64,000 nucleotides of DNA from Phyllosticta citribraziliensis (lineage: Eukaryota): NCBI RefSeq assembly GCF_038025025.1, contig NW_027117342.1, positions 1,302,001 through 1,366,000 of the forward strand, in the 5' to 3' direction. This document shows positions 61,305 to 64,000 of the stretch, piece after piece. The notes under the pieces were generated by a model. It saw only the letters and a program-made list of their open reading frames with translations, was not told the origin of the DNA and did no database searches. Positions within the stretch are counted from its first letter, which is position 1. The number at the start of each line of letters is the position of its first letter. Made by a program: the position numbers and the translations under genes.

Positions 61305-64000
61305 TTACACGCGATCGCCCGCAAAATCCCAAACCTCGCAGTCGTCCTCAAAGAAGCCCTCCTCGACATTCGGCGACGCCGCGTCTCCGGCAATTGCTCC
61401 GTCCTCGACCAGGTTGTTCCGCCTGAGCCGGCGCCGCCGCGTCGTCACGACCACCTGCTCGACTTCCTCCTCGCCCTCGCGCAGCGCAAAGTCGCTGACC
61501 ATGCCCATGCCCAAACCCGCCGCGCCGCCGGGCCTTCCTTCGCCGCCCAGCTCGAGCGCGAGCAGGTCGTCGCCGAGCGCGTCGTCCACGTCGGACGCGT
61601 GCGACGACGGCAGCGACACCTTGAGCGCGGGGATGTCGGCGCCAAAGACCCACGGGCTGGCGTCGTCGTAGTGGTGCAGCTCGGCCGCAGCCGTGAAGCT
61701 GGGCGGCTCAATGGGCACGCCCTCGCCATCTTCGGCCGGGTCGTCGTTCGCTGCGACGTTGTTGACAAAGAGGTCGATGCGGCGGTCCGTGTGAAAGGGT
61801 TGGTAGGGCGTGTTGGTTTCGATTTCGGCCGTGGCCAATGGGTGGACGACCAGCTTCCGGCTTTGCTCGCGACGGACGAGGGGTGCGCGCGGTACCCAGT
61901 ACGATTCTTGAGTCCTTTCGGTGCCCGGAAACGGCGCAGACTCTTCGCCTGGCCTGGAATTGATGTATGCCATTACCGACGGCGCGATGCCCGTGTCTCG
62001 AATGGTAGGCAGACTGTACTCTACCATCTTGTGCTTGGTGATGCGAGTCTGCGGTCTTCCGTTCTTGCTGCGTACTTCCTCGAATCTGGCCTTGTAAATG
62101 GACAAGAGACCTCCGGCGACGAGCGCGATGCGCGGGTCTCTGTGCTTGTGGCTGTAGAGCCACCGGACCGAGCTCGAGCTGACACCGTTGGCGAGAGATG
62201 GCAATTGGAGCTTGTTGTCCCCTGCGTGCTTGAGATTGCTTGCGGCGCCTCCAATCGACTTGCCAATACCGGCAGCAACGGCCTTGCCACCCTTTGCGCC
62301 GGCCGCAGGTGTCATGGCGAAGCCACCCAGGCTGAAGCCAGTGCCCCCGCTAGCGCTGCGGTTGCGCACAGAGGTGAAGAAAGGCTTGGCTTTGCCCGTG
62401 ATATTTTGCGCCGCCGATCCAATGATGCCAGCTCCCTTTGCGCTGACGTTTTCAGAAACAGTCTCGGCTGCCTTGGGCGGCTCTGGCTTGCGAGCTCTCC
62501 TCGGAGGCGGCCACTGGAAGGCTGATGCGGGCATGGGATACATGTGAACTGTTCCCTTGTCCGTAAGAATCGCAAGCCGCCTGGCGCTCGGTGCTGACCA
62601 CGCAACGTCGATGATGTTGGCGACAGTCATGCGCGTAAACTTGGCCACCTGCCGGACATGAGACTGAGCGGATCGGTTTCCTCGAGTACTGCGGGAGCTA
62701 GTGTGGTGCATGCAGTTGAGATCCCAAACAAACTGATTGTCGCCCTTTTTGCTAAACGTCATGAGCATCAGGCCACTGGGTGAGAATGAAAGAAAGCTAC
62801 ACCCAAGAGGAGCGGCAAAGGTGGTGAGAGGCTGCAGCGCAGACCTGTTTCGCGACGTCTCCGCATCTGCCAACTTCTGCAAGTCAAAGATTGACACCAC
62901 AGACGGCTCGTTCGAAGCCTGGACGGAGTTTTGATTGTGACCATGCGTGGGAGGAAAGTACGGTTGACCTTGGCTATCGGTCTGAAGAATGTCATTGGGT
63001 GCCTGGTCCGGGGTTGGCTTGGTCCAATAGTTTTTCCAGGCCTGCATTCCAGTGTTTGCCGCCCACTGCACGCCTTTCATGGCCTGCTGGGTTAACTCGC
63101 GGGAAGCATTCTTGAAGAAGCCGTCTTCGGGAGCGTCCACCTGGCAGTTTGGAGACGGCGGAGGAGGCGGAGCGTGAGTGGTAATCCCGGGGGGCTTTGG
63201 ATACGTTGGCGACAGCAAAGGAGCGCCATTGAGCGAGTAGAGATTCGAAGACGCTGGAGGAACGACAGCGATCCAACGCTCGCTCAAGGAAAAGAGCGGA
63301 TATCCGTATTGAGCCGGGCTCTCGACTTCAAGGCTGTTGATTTCGGTCGAACTCGACGTACTTGATACAGGCGTGTGGTCGCGGATCTGTACGGTAGTCC
63401 AAACCTTCCCAATGCATCTGAATGCTTCGGGTTGGGCTTCGTCCCTCTTCGGAGTGAACAAGAAGACTTCTCCGCTGCAGCCAGACGCCACAACGACGAA
63501 TTTTCCATTCGCGTCGATGCGGAGGTCTCCCGAAGGCGGAGGGGCGCGGAACATTGGGCTTTGCAGAGAACTCGAGCAGGCTACGGGCGGCGCTCGAAAT
63601 AGCGTGGCGATGTGTTGGCCTTTTTTCAGAGACCACACTTCTACCGTAGTTTGGTAGTGCGTCACATCAGCAATCAAGGTGTCTCCAGCAACCGAAGCAG
63701 GCCGGGTTGGAGGACTGGACGAGCCGTCATTCTCGTCAGTGCCACCTCCAGAAGAAGAGCCGCTAGAGTGACGGGCATCCTTGATACCATCCACTACTGG
63801 ACCGTGAACGATGAGAGCCACCAAGGGCCGGTCTTCAGCACACGGATCTGAGCCGCGACCCCAAGGGAGAATCTTTGCGCCAATGACTGAACCTCTCAGT
63901 CCCTCGACCCTTCCCAACACGTTCATGTGTTGTGCTCCGACATCAAAGACGTCTAGACCTCCCTCGTATCCAACAAGGAGAGCATTCTGTCCAACACGCA
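61305..64000 (-). CDS. BCAS3-like WD40/beta-propeller protein, 3' part (start outside window)
   Basis: Frame open to the window end; FLSFSPSGLMLMTFSKKGD..VWDL, LTDKGTVH, AEIETNTPYQPFHTDRR. Confidence 0.8.
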   Translation of the reverse strand, partial: RVGQNALLVGYEGGLDVFDVGAQHMNVLGRVEGLRGSVIGAKILPWGRGSDPCAEDRPLVALIVHGPVVDGIKDARHSSGSSSGGGTDENDGSSSPPTRPASVAGDTLIADVTHYQTTVEVWSLKKGQHIATLFRAPPVACSSSLQSPMFRAPPPSGDLRIDANGKFVVVASGCSGEVFLFTPKRDEAQPEAFRCIGKVWTTVQIRDHTPVSSTSSSTEINSLEVESPAQYGYPLFSLSERWIAVVPPASSNLYSLNGAPLLSPTYPKPPGITTHAPPPPPSPNCQVDAPEDGFFKNASRELTQQAMKGVQWAANTGMQAWKNYWTKPTPDQAPNDILQTDSQGQPYFPPTHGHNQNSVQASNEPSVVSIFDLQKLADAETSRNRSALQPLTTFAAPLGCSFLSFSPSGLMLMTFSKKGDNQFVWDLNCMHHTSSRSTRGNRSAQSHVRQVAKFTRMTVANIIDVAWSAPSARRLAILTDKGTVHMYPMPASAFQWPPPRRARKPEPPKAAETVSENVSAKGAGIIGSAAQNITGKAKPFFTSVRNRSASGGTGFSLGGFAMTPAAGAKGGKAVAAGIGKSIGGAASNLKHAGDNKLQLPSLANGVSSSSVRWLYSHKHRDPRIALVAGGLLSIYKARFEEVRSKNGRPQTRITKHKMVEYSLPTIRDTGIAPSVMAYINSRPGEESAPFPGTERTQESYWVPRAPLVRREQSRKLVVHPLATAEIETNTPYQPFHTDRRIDLFVNNVAANDDPAEDGEGVPIEPPSFTAAAELHHYDDASPWVFGADIPALKVSLPSSHASDVDDALGDDLLALELGGEGRPGGAAGLGMGMVSDFALREGEEEVEQVVVTTRRRRLRRNNLVEDGAIAGDAASPNVEEGFFEDDCEVWDFAGDRV

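Overview
Eukaryotic DNA from a filamentous ascomycete (Pezizomycotina; inferred from short GT-AG introns with CTRAC branch points and the gene set). About 21 protein-coding genes can be reconstructed by hand: UBA1 (partial), an F-box protein, an amidase, a small 3-exon gene, a 969-aa intronless orphan, an ACS-family MFS transporter, NUP84, CMC4, SUMO, a fused succinyl-CoA-synthetase alpha/beta protein, an R3HCC1L-like small protein, a TetX-like monooxygenase, a DUF4188-type protein, RPL9, a conserved hypothetical, SVF1, a HAL4/SAT4 kinase, a GNAT-like protein, a disordered orphan, a PH-domain protein and a BCAS3-like WD40 protein (partial). There is also an intron-hosted box C/D snoRNA (snR52-like). 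The most unusual region is a ~5.9 kb block (8442-14440) that splits the divergent amidase/MFS pair. It is bounded by an 83/84-bp direct repeat of a GATA-rich promoter module. It carries a 969-aa protein with a Cys cluster and two HNH-like motifs, and it ends in an 84-bp copy of the neighbouring MFS gene that differs only at third codon positions. This is a candidate homing-like selfish element (inference). All calls come from manual translation and motif recall; no database searches were run.
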